DNA from: an uncultured virus (IMG/VR IMGVR_UViG_3300047668_001392)
Taxonomy: Duplodnaviria > Heunggongvirae > Uroviricota > Caudoviricetes > Crassvirales
Strand: one strand, 5' to 3'
DNA: 64,000 bases
IMG/VR virus record: IMGVR_UViG_3300047668_001392
The notes under the pieces are model-generated. The model was not told where the DNA came from and did no database searches. It worked only from the letters and a program-made list of their open reading frames with translations. How positions within the stretch are numbered: the first letter of the stretch is position 1; each line of letters opens with the position of its first letter. This document shows positions 39,077 through 47,597 of this stretch, one piece after another. The translations under genes and the position numbers were made by a program.

Positions 39077-39670
39077 TTATGCCATCCATCTATTCCGTAT
39101 CGTTACCCATATGGTAGCTTGTAGGACAGAGGGGAGGACGTTATACTTCTTGGCTACCTTCTGGCAGTCCATTTCTAATTGCTTATACTGCAGTGCAGTT
39201 ACTGAGGTTTTACAGTCTTTAGGTGAGAGACTTCTCGTCTGTGTAGCACGTAAGTGCCACTTGTCGATCGTAACTCGGTTGATGTCTACTCCACTAATGT
39301 TTTTAGCGAAGGCATATGTTTTAGGTGATTGTTTTAATATCTTTATGTCCCCATTGGCAATAGCAAAGGCTTTGCGCTTGTTATTATTATAAGTGCATAC
39401 CTTAACCTGATCAGGGGGGATGCCTTTACTTACCGCATCCAGCACAGCATGAGCGTCAATCTTATTCCTCTCCCATCTGTTATTAGGGGAGAGTGCAGAT
39501 ACTACACCCGCACAAATAATCTGAGGGGTATCGAATCTTAATGAAAGGATTTTAACGTACTCCCTAGCTTCGTTGTACCACACCTTGCCTGCCTCACGTT
39601 CTTCTGAGGTGGACTCGTTATACCAGTAATTTAAAAGGACTCGACCTTTACTTCTTTGTTGTAGCGTCAT
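39077..39670 (-). CDS. HhH-GPD/DNA glycosylase-like phage protein
   Basis: WY..A, AGVVSALSPNNRWERN, PKTYAF, VTIDKWH.R, LQATIW. Confidence 0.6.
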   Translation of the reverse strand: MTLQQRSKGRVLLNYWYNESTSEEREAGKVWYNEAREYVKILSLRFDTPQIICAGVVSALSPNNRWERNKIDAHAVLDAVSKGIPPDQVKVCTYNNNKRKAFAIANGDIKILKQSPKTYAFAKNISGVDINRVTIDKWHLRATQTRSLSPKDCKTSVTALQYKQLEMDCQKVAKKYNVLPSVLQATIWVTIRNRWMA

Positions 39671-39759
39671 GATGATAGTTGATTTGTCCGCACTTACGGA
39701 CGATTTGTGGCTTCATTACAAGGTCTCGTGCAAAGTCTTGCATGTTGAATGATGCGAAC

Positions 39760-40080
39760 TTAACTTGATTTTTCTTTTTCTTCATTGTTGTATATGTTTA
39801 TTAAGTATACTGCTACGTTATATGTGTCCTCGATTGAACGTCCTTTCGGGCTCGTACGTATCCACAAAGAGTTGTCAATCATTCCGTGTGGATCGAGTCC
39901 GTCATTTTCTATCTTATCTACTACGGGCATCAACCAATCCCATGATGTGTGGTATCTCATCTCGTCAGGGTAAACGTGCATCCCCAACCCTACTGACTCC
40001 GCGTCTTCTAATGTAGGCGAGAAGTACTTATCCCCATCTCCTAACCCCATAAATTCTGCTATTAGTTTATTATTTTTCAT
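39760..40080 (-). CDS. early protein, NKLI..FM / WDWLMPVV family, copy 1
   Basis: Paralog motif. Confidence 0.75.
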   Translation of the reverse strand: MKNNKLIAEFMGLGDGDKYFSPTLEDAESVGLGMHVYPDEMRYHTSWDWLMPVVDKIENDGLDPHGMIDNSLWIRTSPKGRSIEDTYNVAVYLINIYNNEEKEKSS

Positions 40081-40318
40081 CGTTATATGTTTTAATAAAT
40101 TCTACTACTGCTTGGTATATATTCTCCATATCTATTGTGCCTACTGCGTTGTATATAGCATCCCACTCATGCTCATCCTCCCCTTTTGTTAAGCACTCTT
40201 GGACTACTGGCATCAACCAATCCCATGACTCGTGGTATTTGTATGCGCTCTCTTTATATACAGACAACCCTGTGTTACGTATGTCCATAAAGTTTCCTAT
40301 TAGTTTATTGTCTTCCAT
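40070..40318 (-). CDS. early protein, WDWLMPVV family, copy 2
   Basis: Paralog motif. Confidence 0.75.
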   Translation of the reverse strand: MEDNKLIGNFMDIRNTGLSVYKESAYKYHESWDWLMPVVQECLTKGEDEHEWDAIYNAVGTIDMENIYQAVVEFIKTYNDEK

Positions 40319-40364
40319 TTTATTTTCACTTTTAGTTATGCTATTAGGTGAGTTTATTCACTTA

Positions 40365-40616
40365 TTAGGCACAATTAGAATCCGTAACATTTTCATCCTC
40401 CCACTCCAAGTGCATTATTACCGTGTTTTTAGTCCACCCCTTACCAAAGTCTATTACATTATGTGTGCTAAAATGTTGCTTTGTTTTGGTGTTTTTAATA
40501 GAGAAGTGCAAGGCTCTATCTTCAAATCCTTCTTTTTTTGCTAATTCATACAATTCTTTAATTGTTAGGTCTCCGTTTATAACAAAGTCTCCCATTTCAT
40601 TTTTTGTTCTTTCCAT
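40365..40616 (-). CDS. hypothetical protein flanked by attC-like core sites
   Basis: GTTAGGC before the ATG and GCCTAA at the stop. Confidence 0.65.
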   Translation of the reverse strand: MERTKNEMGDFVINGDLTIKELYELAKKEGFEDRALHFSIKNTKTKQHFSTHNVIDFGKGWTKNTVIMHLEWEDENVTDSNCA

Positions 40617-40730
40617 AATTAACTGTGCCTAACAATGTATAAAAACAAAAGCTATTTTAGGCTGTTTATAAGGCTTCTGTTTGTTTATTAATGTATTTAT
40701 TTACTCTAAGTTTTTACGTACTTACACGCT

Positions 40731-41030
40731 TCAATTTTTATACTCAACATTATTGTATTCTTTAATAAATTCTACTACTGCTTGGTATACATCTCCTATC
40801 TCATCATAGAAACTGACGTCAAGCAATTGCTCAGGTACACCCCCGCACTCTTCCTCAATCTTCTGTACTACGGGGATTATCCAACCCCACTCTGAGTCGT
40901 ATAAGAAACACGATTCGTGTATTGCTTCGTAGCCTTCATCTTTGCTCTCGTCTATTAGGTAACCCGCATCCTGATGATGGGGCTTCAACCCCATGAATAG
41001 GGCGATTAGTTTGTTGTCTTTATCGTTCAT
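40731..41030 (-). CDS. early protein, WDWLMPVV family, copy 3
   Basis: NKLIALFM..WGWIIPVVQKIE..YQAVVEFIK. Confidence 0.75.
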   Translation of the reverse strand: MNDKDNKLIALFMGLKPHHQDAGYLIDESKDEGYEAIHESCFLYDSEWGWIIPVVQKIEEECGGVPEQLLDVSFYDEIGDVYQAVVEFIKEYNNVEYKN

Positions 41031-41238
41031 TCTTTCTCTCGTTTATATATTCTGATATTGTACGTCTTAGCTTACCTACCTTAACTTCATACATGTTTAC
41101 CCTTTCTGAGTAAGCAAGGATCGTTTCTCGTAGTTCTTTAATTAGCTTAGCTTGGTCTTTAATTGTCTCTTCGTTTGCTTTTAGCATACCGAAAGCATAG
41201 ACTTCTTTTTTTCTCTTAGCTCGTTCTTGTACTCCCAT
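41020..41238 (-). CDS. coiled-coil hypothetical protein
   Basis: ORF within the operon. Confidence 0.55.
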   Translation of the reverse strand: MGVQERAKRKKEVYAFGMLKANEETIKDQAKLIKELRETILAYSERVNMYEVKVGKLRRTISEYINERKNER

Positions 41239-41240
41239 AG

Positions 41241-41474
41241 TTATATAGTTTTAATTTCGTTTGTTGTTTCAATCCAGACCTTAGCCCCACAACTAAGCGG
41301 TTTGTCAGGTGAGTAGATAACTCTTGCTGACTCCTTGCCGTCCTGACCGTAGATTACTACGCTGTCGGCATAGGTGTTAGACTTATATGTCTTACAGGTT
41401 AGTACAGGGTTTCTCTCTGAACTTTTAGCGTTAGCTTTTATTATGTGTTGGTTAACGTGGATTACTGTTTTCAT
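41241..41474 (-). CDS. conserved phage hypothetical protein
   Basis: IHVNQH.I..N..SPDKPLSCGAKVWIET, a widespread phage family. Confidence 0.7.
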   Translation of the reverse strand: MKTVIHVNQHIIKANAKSSERNPVLTCKTYKSNTYADSVVIYGQDGKESARVIYSPDKPLSCGAKVWIETTNEIKTI

Positions 41475-41628
41475 TGATGTTTTCTTATATGGTTTAATTG
41501 TCTACCTACGTCTAGGACGTTCTCGCCCTCAGCTATATTTAGATGATAGTGATTGCGCCACGCCTCACATGAGAGGAAGTTGTTAAACCAATCAAGGTAC
41601 ATGGCTTCTATTTGTGTGTTAGTGTAGT

Positions 41629-41880
41629 TCATGATTCGTTGTCTCTATCTCTGTACGTGTCCATTAGGTCGGTGATTCTATCCTGATACTCATCGTATAT
41701 TCTTTTTTGTTCCTCATTACCCTCGCCATCTCGTAGCATATCCGCTAGTTGGTCAAGCCAAGCAGACTCTGCTGCGTGTTTGAGGCTCATATATCTAGCC
41801 GTAAGTAACTGCTTCGCTAGTTGTTCTCGTGTAAGGTCTAAGCTTACGATGTTGTCTATTAAATTCTGTCTAATTTTCAT
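41629..41880 (-). CDS. hypothetical early protein
   Basis: ORF with catcATG start context. Confidence 0.6.
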   Translation of the reverse strand: MKIRQNLIDNIVSLDLTREQLAKQLLTARYMSLKHAAESAWLDQLADMLRDGEGNEEQKRIYDEYQDRITDLMDTYRDRDNES

Positions 41881-41886
41881 GATGGT

Positions 41887-42264
41887 TTATGCTTTTCGGT
41901 TACAATCAGGGCAACTCTCGTCTAAATGCAAGTCCATTCCCGAACAATTGTTACACGCTTTGTAGTCGGAAGGGTGACATGATGTTATAAGTTTTATGTC
42001 CTCCCCATCTAATACCTCAAGGATATGGGCGGTGTTAAGTTCTCCACTCAATACGGGGTATATGTTAGCTTGTAAGCCTTCCCCTGAATCAAATATGTTG
42101 ATGTCTATGTGGTCACCAAGTGATGTCCATATATCTAATCGGTCAACCTCGCCAGAATACTGATCGTATTCTACGCGCATTGTATGGTTCGTGGGTATGC
42201 ATATCGTCCCGAATAAGTTGCTTGTAATTTCGATCTTCGATAATTCTTTAATCTCTTGAGTCAT
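41887..42264 (-). CDS. hypothetical protein with a C-terminal Zn ribbon
   Basis: CNNC..CPDC; start uncertain. Confidence 0.55.
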   Translation of the reverse strand: MTQEIKELSKIEITSNLFGTICIPTNHTMRVEYDQYSGEVDRLDIWTSLGDHIDINIFDSGEGLQANIYPVLSGELNTAHILEVLDGEDIKLITSCHPSDYKACNNCSGMDLHLDESCPDCNRKA

Positions 42265-42419
42265 AGGTAATTTTATTTGGTTTGTCACTATAAAAGTGTA
42301 TCGTCATCTCAAACTCCTTAAGCTTAGGTAGTTCAAATGTTTCCTTAGGGAATAGCACAGCGGCTTCGTCCCTTACTTCTTCTAGAAAGCTCTTGTCTTT
42401 GTTTTTCTTTTTCATGATG

Positions 42420-42707
42420 TTATATTAATTCAAGTTTGTTTAATAACTCTTGTGTCTTTTTATTTACCATAGGTTTTAGGTAAGCGTCTACGAGCATCTC
42501 GTGAAGCATATTATCTAAGCAATGAGGTCTAACATAGTCAAACACTAAGGCGTCTGTGCTACGGCTTTCTTTTAAAGTATACGACCTCGCTTGAAGGTAT
42601 GTACTATCTAGCTTGGTAAGTGCCTCCGTAAACGAGTCCACAATCTTTTGCAGTTCTTTCTTTGCCTTGCTTTCAAGGGCTTCTTGTACTTGGTTTGTGT
42701 CTTTCAT
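42420..42707 (-). CDS. hypothetical early protein
   Basis: ATG 13 nt after palindrome 42721. Confidence 0.65.
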   Translation of the reverse strand: MKDTNQVQEALESKAKKELQKIVDSFTEALTKLDSTYLQARSYTLKESRSTDALVFDYVRPHCLDNMLHEMLVDAYLKPMVNKKTQELLNKLELI

Positions 42708-42739
42708 ATTATATAGTTTTGTCCGTAAGTGCGGACGTT

Positions 42740-42985
42740 TTAGATTCGTGGAAGGAAGTGCTCATCTGATGATAGTGCACGATGCGTCAGTCCCTTGACG
42801 TCGTGTAGTACGTCCGCCAGAAACAGAAGGTCATCTTCGCCCTTGTCTACTAGGCGGTCACACCAATCTTCATTGTCCATGCATACGGATACTACATGCC
42901 ACATATTTTTCTTAAAAAATACGGGGAAGTTGTCCCTTATTACATCCATCGCTAACTTTGTAGCGTCTAACTTAGTGTTATTCAT
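42740..42985 (-). CDS. hypothetical early protein (true start probably MNNTKL)
   Basis: Lies between palindromes 42999 and 42721; ends D.LHDV.G...HFLPRI. Confidence 0.6.
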   Translation of the reverse strand: MNNTKLDATKLAMDVIRDNFPVFFKKNMWHVVSVCMDNEDWCDRLVDKGEDDLLFLADVLHDVKGLTHRALSSDEHFLPRI

Positions 42986-43150
42986 ATCTATTGGTTTTGT
43001 CCGTACTTGCGGACGATTTATAAAATTCGTGGTAGAAGTACTCGTCGAACTCATCGTATATTAATGTGTCGTTGTTGAAGATGTCATCCCATACCTTCTT
43101 AGCTACTGCATATTCAGGCTTGTCTGTGTGTATTGTAACCTTCATCGGTT

Positions 43151-43654
43151 TTAGTATTCAGTGCCGTAGCACTCGTCGCATTCAACTTCTTCGTTGTCAT
43201 CGTTGTATGACATTGCTCCATCTTCAAAGTGTTCCTTACACCCATTGCACTGCTCTCGGTCAAAGTTGTGGTCTATGGTTACATTTACCTTCTTTGCCCA
43301 ACTATCTAGGAAGCTATCTTCCCATCCAATAAACCCTAAGGTTACATCCCTCTGTTCATCCTCAGTCAGCGTAGGCATGAAGTATTTTTGAATGAAGTCG
43401 TGGCGTGTTATAGTCGGTGGTTTGGTGTACTCATCTACCATCTTGCATATGTCCTCGTATATCTTATGCTTGTTACCCTTGAGCCCGAAGTATTTCTTGA
43501 CATCAGTAACCTTCCAATGTCTGTTAGGTTTCATACCTATCTTACTCCATAACCCAAGATCCCGCTTGGATACTATGAGATTCCACATCCCTTTGGATGA
43601 TGCCGATCCGTTTACGGATAGGTCTTGTTCTAAGTCTTGTTCAAATTGTGTCAT
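43151..43654 (-). CDS. hypothetical early protein with a C-terminal Zn finger
   Basis: CNGC..CDEC; N-terminal MTQFEQDLEQ shared with 44000..44188. Confidence 0.65.
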   Translation of the reverse strand: MTQFEQDLEQDLSVNGSASSKGMWNLIVSKRDLGLWSKIGMKPNRHWKVTDVKKYFGLKGNKHKIYEDICKMVDEYTKPPTITRHDFIQKYFMPTLTEDEQRDVTLGFIGWEDSFLDSWAKKVNVTIDHNFDREQCNGCKEHFEDGAMSYNDDNEEVECDECYGTEY

Positions 43655-43748
43655 ATGTTCTTAATTATTTCTAAATGTCCGTGCGCTTCTGCTTCTGAGT
43701 ATGCCCATATTCTATACCCTTCAATAATAAATAATGTTTTTTCTTGTG

Positions 43749-44003
43749 TCATGATGTGTATGTATTGTAAGCGTGTTGCATAGATTCGATTAACCCTCTG
43801 CCGTTAGCAGTATGGAAGCCATAGCTATGGGTGTATAGTTCTGGTATAGGTGTGTTAGCTAATAGCAACTCCATAAGGTCGTAGCTATCGTGTTTAACTT
43901 CCTTTGCTACCTTGTTGATAGCCGATGCAAGAGCCTTGCAGTCGTGTCGTGGTGTACTATCTAGGTCTTCCCTGATGTACGTTTCTATTTGTTTTTTAGT
44001 CAT
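43749..44003 (-). CDS. hypothetical early protein
   Basis: ATGA-coupled ORF. Confidence 0.6.
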   Translation of the reverse strand: MTKKQIETYIREDLDSTPRHDCKALASAINKVAKEVKHDSYDLMELLLANTPIPELYTHSYGFHTANGRGLIESMQHAYNTYTS

Positions 44004-44188
44004 GATGTTTTAATTAAATTACGTTCTTCATAAAGGTCATATCCATAGCTCTCTAGGTGCGATTTTAAGCCATCACTCCATAGGTCATAGACGATACCCT
44101 CGTCATCGAATTTTATTACGAGTACATCTCCATTAGGTAGGTCAATGTACTTATACGCTTGTTCTAAGTCCTGTTCAAATTGTGTCAT
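44000..44188 (-). CDS. hypothetical early protein
   Basis: ATGA-coupled; MTQFEQDLEQ start. Confidence 0.6.
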   Translation of the reverse strand: MTQFEQDLEQAYKYIDLPNGDVLVIKFDDEGIVYDLWSDGLKSHLESYGYDLYEERNLIKTS

Positions 44189-44382
44189 GATGTTTTGGTT
44201 TCTTCTATGTGTTCGTCGTAATCATCTGCTAGATTCATGATTTGTATGTCATGTACGCTTATACTTATCGTACATTCTAGGTCGTCAACCCATGCATTCA
44301 CCCAGACCTCATTGTCGTGTGTGTAGGCACTAGCTAAGCCTTGTCGTTGTAGTTCGTGCACTGCTTTCTCGTATATAGTCAT
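44185..44382 (-). CDS. hypothetical early protein
   Basis: ATGA-coupled ORF. Confidence 0.6.
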   Translation of the reverse strand: MTIYEKAVHELQRQGLASAYTHDNEVWVNAWVDDLECTISISVHDIQIMNLADDYDEHIEETKTS

Positions 44383-44522
44383 GATGTTTTAATTGATTCT
44401 TCTAATTCTTCCAATACCTCAGGCTTTAAATTTTGTATCAGCCACTCTATATCATCAATAGGCTCCATTGACTCGTTGAGTATGAACTTAGCATACTTAG
44501 TGTGTAGTTCTTCTTGTGTCAT
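44379..44522 (-). CDS. 47-aa early protein (not in the ORF track)
   Basis: MTQEELHTKYAKFILNESMEPIDDIEWL...IKTS*; ATG 16 nt after palindrome 44539. Confidence 0.6.
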   Translation of the reverse strand: MTQEELHTKYAKFILNESMEPIDDIEWLIQNLKPEVLEELEESIKTS

Positions 44523-44555
44523 GATGTTATTGTATTTTGTCCGCACTTGCGGACG

Positions 44556-44813
44556 TTATTGTATCTCGATTAGTTTTCCGTTTATTTCTTCGTATTGGTG
44601 TTCGCTCTCGTCCTCCCACATAGTCCAATAAAGGACATCGTGTTCGACTGCCTCTTCAAGCATCAAGCCATCGTCAGAGTATGTACCGAACTCAACCTCT
44701 CGTAGCCAAGCAATTACATCTTTCTCGTACTTGAAGTATTGTTCGCCATCTCCTTGTAGCCAACCTTCGTTCATTCCTTCGCCCGTTATAGAGCATTTTC
44801 TAGCGTATTTCAT
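44556..44813 (-). CDS. conserved phage hypothetical protein
   Basis: ARKCSITGEGMNEGW..YWTMWE. Confidence 0.65.
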   Translation of the reverse strand: MKYARKCSITGEGMNEGWLQGDGEQYFKYEKDVIAWLREVEFGTYSDDGLMLEEAVEHDVLYWTMWEDESEHQYEEINGKLIEIQ

Positions 44814-45007
44814 CTTAGATCTTTCTTACGTGTCATAGTATCTACCTTTTCAAGTAACTCCTTAATTACCATAGAAAAGTAACCTTGTGCAAATAGTGGG
44901 TTCTTACCTTTGTCTACTGCCTCCTGCACCTCCGCTTCTAAATTGAGAGCGTGGTTCTGTAAGGCTTCGTTGATGAGCATACGCTCCATTCCGTTAAACT
45001 TTGTCAT
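44810..45007 (-). CDS. hypothetical early protein (start probably MTKFNG)
   Basis: ATG 16 nt after palindrome 45024. Confidence 0.55.
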   Translation of the reverse strand: MTKFNGMERMLINEALQNHALNLEAEVQEAVDKGKNPLFAQGYFSMVIKELLEKVDTMTRKKDLR

Positions 45008-45236
45008 TTGATGATAGTGTTTTGTCCGCATTTGCGGACGATTTAGTAATCGTTTCTATTAAGTTCATAGCCTTGTCCATAGCGTAGCTACGTCGTTGTA
45101 CCATAGTACCCGCCACTTGTGGGTTAGGTAATAAGATGTGCATAATCTGGCTCGTTTCCATAGTATAAAAGGCTTCGCCCTTTTGGATAGCGTTCGCCAT
45201 CTCGTTCGTGTGGTGTATCTTGTCTTGTAAATTCAT
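44994..45236 (-). CDS. hypothetical early protein
   Basis: ATG 16 nt after palindrome 45253; reads through palindrome 45024. Confidence 0.55.
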   Translation of the reverse strand: MNLQDKIHHTNEMANAIQKGEAFYTMETSQIMHILLPNPQVAGTMVQRRSYAMDKAMNLIETITKSSANADKTLSSNDKV

Positions 45237-45498
45237 TACTTCTATTTATTTTGTCCGTACTTGCGGACGTTTACAAATCATTTTCCATGTCCTGCATTGC
45301 TTGTTGCATTGCTTGTATTTCTTCGTCAGTCATTGTTTCTATCTTTCTTTAAGGTTACGTAGAACATAAAGATCCACGCTATTGAAATTGTACAAATAAA
45401 ACCATACGCTACTGCTTCCATTGTTTCTATGTATTGAGATTAAAATAAAGCAGTTTGAATACTTGCTTAGGTATTGTTTTGTCCGTACTTGCGGACGT

Positions 45499-46050
45499 TT
45501 ACACTTCCTCAAATTCGACTGACTCAATCAATTCGATATTTGCTAACTGCTTATCTTCCATCTTACTTTTAATTATCGCCATCATCACGCTCATCGAATC
45601 GTATAACTCGCTGAGGTCTGACTTCGTATGTAACTCTAATTCCGTATCCAATCGCGCACTCAATCCCTTACCTTCATCGTCTTTCGCTTGACTAAAACTA
45701 AAGAGGTTTGGGGCCTTATCTTCTGCGTCAGGTTTCATAAACTTGAGCAGGTCAGGTATCGATGTCGTCGGTTGATTGCCTACCGATTCAATGTACCTTT
45801 CTACATCTTCGATTTCTACCTTCGACGCTCTTCGTAGTTCACCAAAGTACGTTTTCCCGTATCCATAGATTTCAAGCAGTGCGTCCCTATCCATTGCAAG
45901 GTCTTTCTTGTTTTGTTTCCAGTATTCATAACCTTCGTTACAAATTTTACCTAACTCAATTTGCTTGTAAAGGCTCTTGATTGTCCCCATCTTGGTTGCC
46001 TCATTTAGCTTATTAAACCGCTTGAGGTTATTCTTTAAAACTTTATCCAT
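45499..46050 (-). CDS. hypothetical early protein
   Basis: 183 aa; stop abuts palindrome 45481. Confidence 0.7.
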   Translation of the reverse strand: MDKVLKNNLKRFNKLNEATKMGTIKSLYKQIELGKICNEGYEYWKQNKKDLAMDRDALLEIYGYGKTYFGELRRASKVEIEDVERYIESVGNQPTTSIPDLLKFMKPDAEDKAPNLFSFSQAKDDEGKGLSARLDTELELHTKSDLSELYDSMSVMMAIIKSKMEDKQLANIELIESVEFEEV

Positions 46051-46204
46051 AACTATATATATTAAATTGCCGTCCCAAAAGTTTGGGTTTCGGTTGGTAT
46101 TAAAATTTGTTGCAGGGTTTTAGCCCTGCGTCCGTTGTTGTTCGTGTGGCACCACTAGGTTGAATGTCAACCGCCTTGTATGTTGTCCGCACTTGCGGAC
46201 GTTT

Positions 46205-46411
46205 TTAATTTCTTTTCATTCGTCGTTCATTTCGTTGTTCAATACTTCGGTCTATCTTATAACCTATTTTGTCTTCGTTCACGTTCTTAGTGCGCCAATG
46301 TCTATTGACCTTTTGCCCCATCGAACTACTATAAGACTTATCGCTGTACTCCTTGCGATAACGCTTGTCGTATAAGATTGTGTCTTTATATATTATTGCT
46401 TCGTTACTCAT
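46205..46411 (-). CDS. basic first early protein
   Basis: TAGATTTG -7 box 5 nt before the ATG; stop abuts palindrome 46185. Confidence 0.55.
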   Translation of the reverse strand: MSNEAIIYKDTILYDKRYRKEYSDKSYSSSMGQKVNRHWRTKNVNEDKIGYKIDRSIEQRNERRMKRN

Positions 46412-46469
46412 GTCTACAAATCTATGGTAGACATTTCGAACTGAAAAGCCAAAAAATACTAATACGACT

Positions 46470-47086
46470 TAACTCATTGATAATCAGTGCTCCCAGCTCT
46501 AAAATAATAGTATCGCTTTAAGTAAACGCTGTAACCTATTGATACTCAGGCACTTAGCTAATTATAGAGCGCTTCCCCTTTTGCTGTAATGGTATCCCGC
46601 GCATACACATACACGCACACATACACCCGCGCGTGAAACAAAAAACTTAAGAAAACAAATCGTAAAGCATTGACAATCAAGCAGTTAGGAATTAACATTT
46701 GTTAGCATATCGTAACTCATTGATTATCAGTTAGTAAGCGTTTCAGGAGGTCATCTATACTATACCATTACTACACCTGAGAAAGTCGCTTAAAACGGCT
46801 TAAAATGGTTTTGTGATTAATTAACATTTGAATACATTTGTAACTCATTGGTTTAGACGTAGTTACAAACAATTAACAATGCAGTGTTCATAACTATATA
46901 CGGACGACGTCGAAGTGTAGCACTATTGTTGTATGCACTCTATTTAGAATGATTACAGATAAGGTAGGAAATGGGGTAATGAATTGTCCCCCTCCTCTAA
47001 GTAGCTAAGCCCTAACAACATACGATTGAATACTTATAGTATACGTCTATGTGATGCCTTGTATGTTATTGATTGTCAAGTGATTG
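46470..47086. repeat. six 25-bp dyads of back-to-back IHF-like sites
   Basis: TAAnnnnTTGAT-w-ATCAAnnnnTTA-like at 46470, 46532, 46663, 46713, 46841 and 47062. Confidence 0.7.
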
Positions 47087-47568
47087 CACTGAAAAGCTGA
47101 ATATATACGGCAAAAATGTTCAAAATCCTAATGGGGGGTGTTAAAAAATGTGAATTTCTTTTATGGAATCCAACGCCTGACAATATAGATAATCCCCGAT
47201 CTAAACATTTCTCCAATTTTTTTCCAGGTATAGTCTTTTGGCGTATTTTCTCCCTTTTTCTCCCGTTTTTTATTAGGCGAGTCTTTATTTCACTTAAACC
47301 CTTACTTGAGTCAAATCCTTTAACTCCTTGATTACGTGTCGTTTACCTTACTTTACTTAAACCTTTACATTAGACTTGACTTTGCAAAAAAAAAGTGGTA
47401 CCTTAGCAGCATATTAGCGTTCACCGTGTATAACTTCCGAAATATTTTGTTTTGTATACGAGAGCGAGTCTATAAGAGACTGATCGAGTATTGGCAGTGG
47501 AATATGCCCTTGTTATGTTCGGTTGTTTCTAAGCCTTTTTAAACGTTATACTATAAAGGCCTTTTAGT

Positions 47569-47576
47569 TATCTTTG
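47569..47576 (+). promoter_or_regulatory. Bacteroidetes -7 promoter box at the start of the + strand module
   Basis: TATCTTTG 21 nt before ATG 47598. Further copies at 21431, 52788 and 61732. Confidence 0.6.
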
Positions 47577-47597
47577 TCCAAAACAACATTATTAATT

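Larger units (their letters stand above)
39686..46200. repeat. eight dispersed copies of a 16-bp palindrome GTCCG-N6-CGGAC
   Basis: Copies start at 39686, 42721, 42999, 44539, 45024, 45253, 45481 and 46185; shared flanks tt..GTCCG / CGGACg(a/t)tt. Confidence 0.95.

Noticed and set aside
43676..43690. Partial palindrome GTCCGTGCG (also GTGCGGACG near 32076)
   Set aside because: Only one arm is present and it lies in coding sequence.
45339..45527. ORF 45339..45527 and the N-terminal extensions of 42740..43054 and 44810..45031
   Set aside because: They are translations through the palindrome (RPQVRTK); better starts lie downstream of it.
39686..46200. Palindromic repeats as a CRISPR array
   Set aside because: Spacing is irregular (about 230-3000 bp), the intervals are whole genes, the repeat is only 16-20 bp, and no cas genes are seen.
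46070..46200. tRNA gene
   Set aside because: No T-loop or D-loop consensus and no acceptor stem found.
47116..47542. ORFs 47116..47331 and 47336..47542
   Set aside because: Low-complexity, T-rich products inside the regulatory region; likely spurious.
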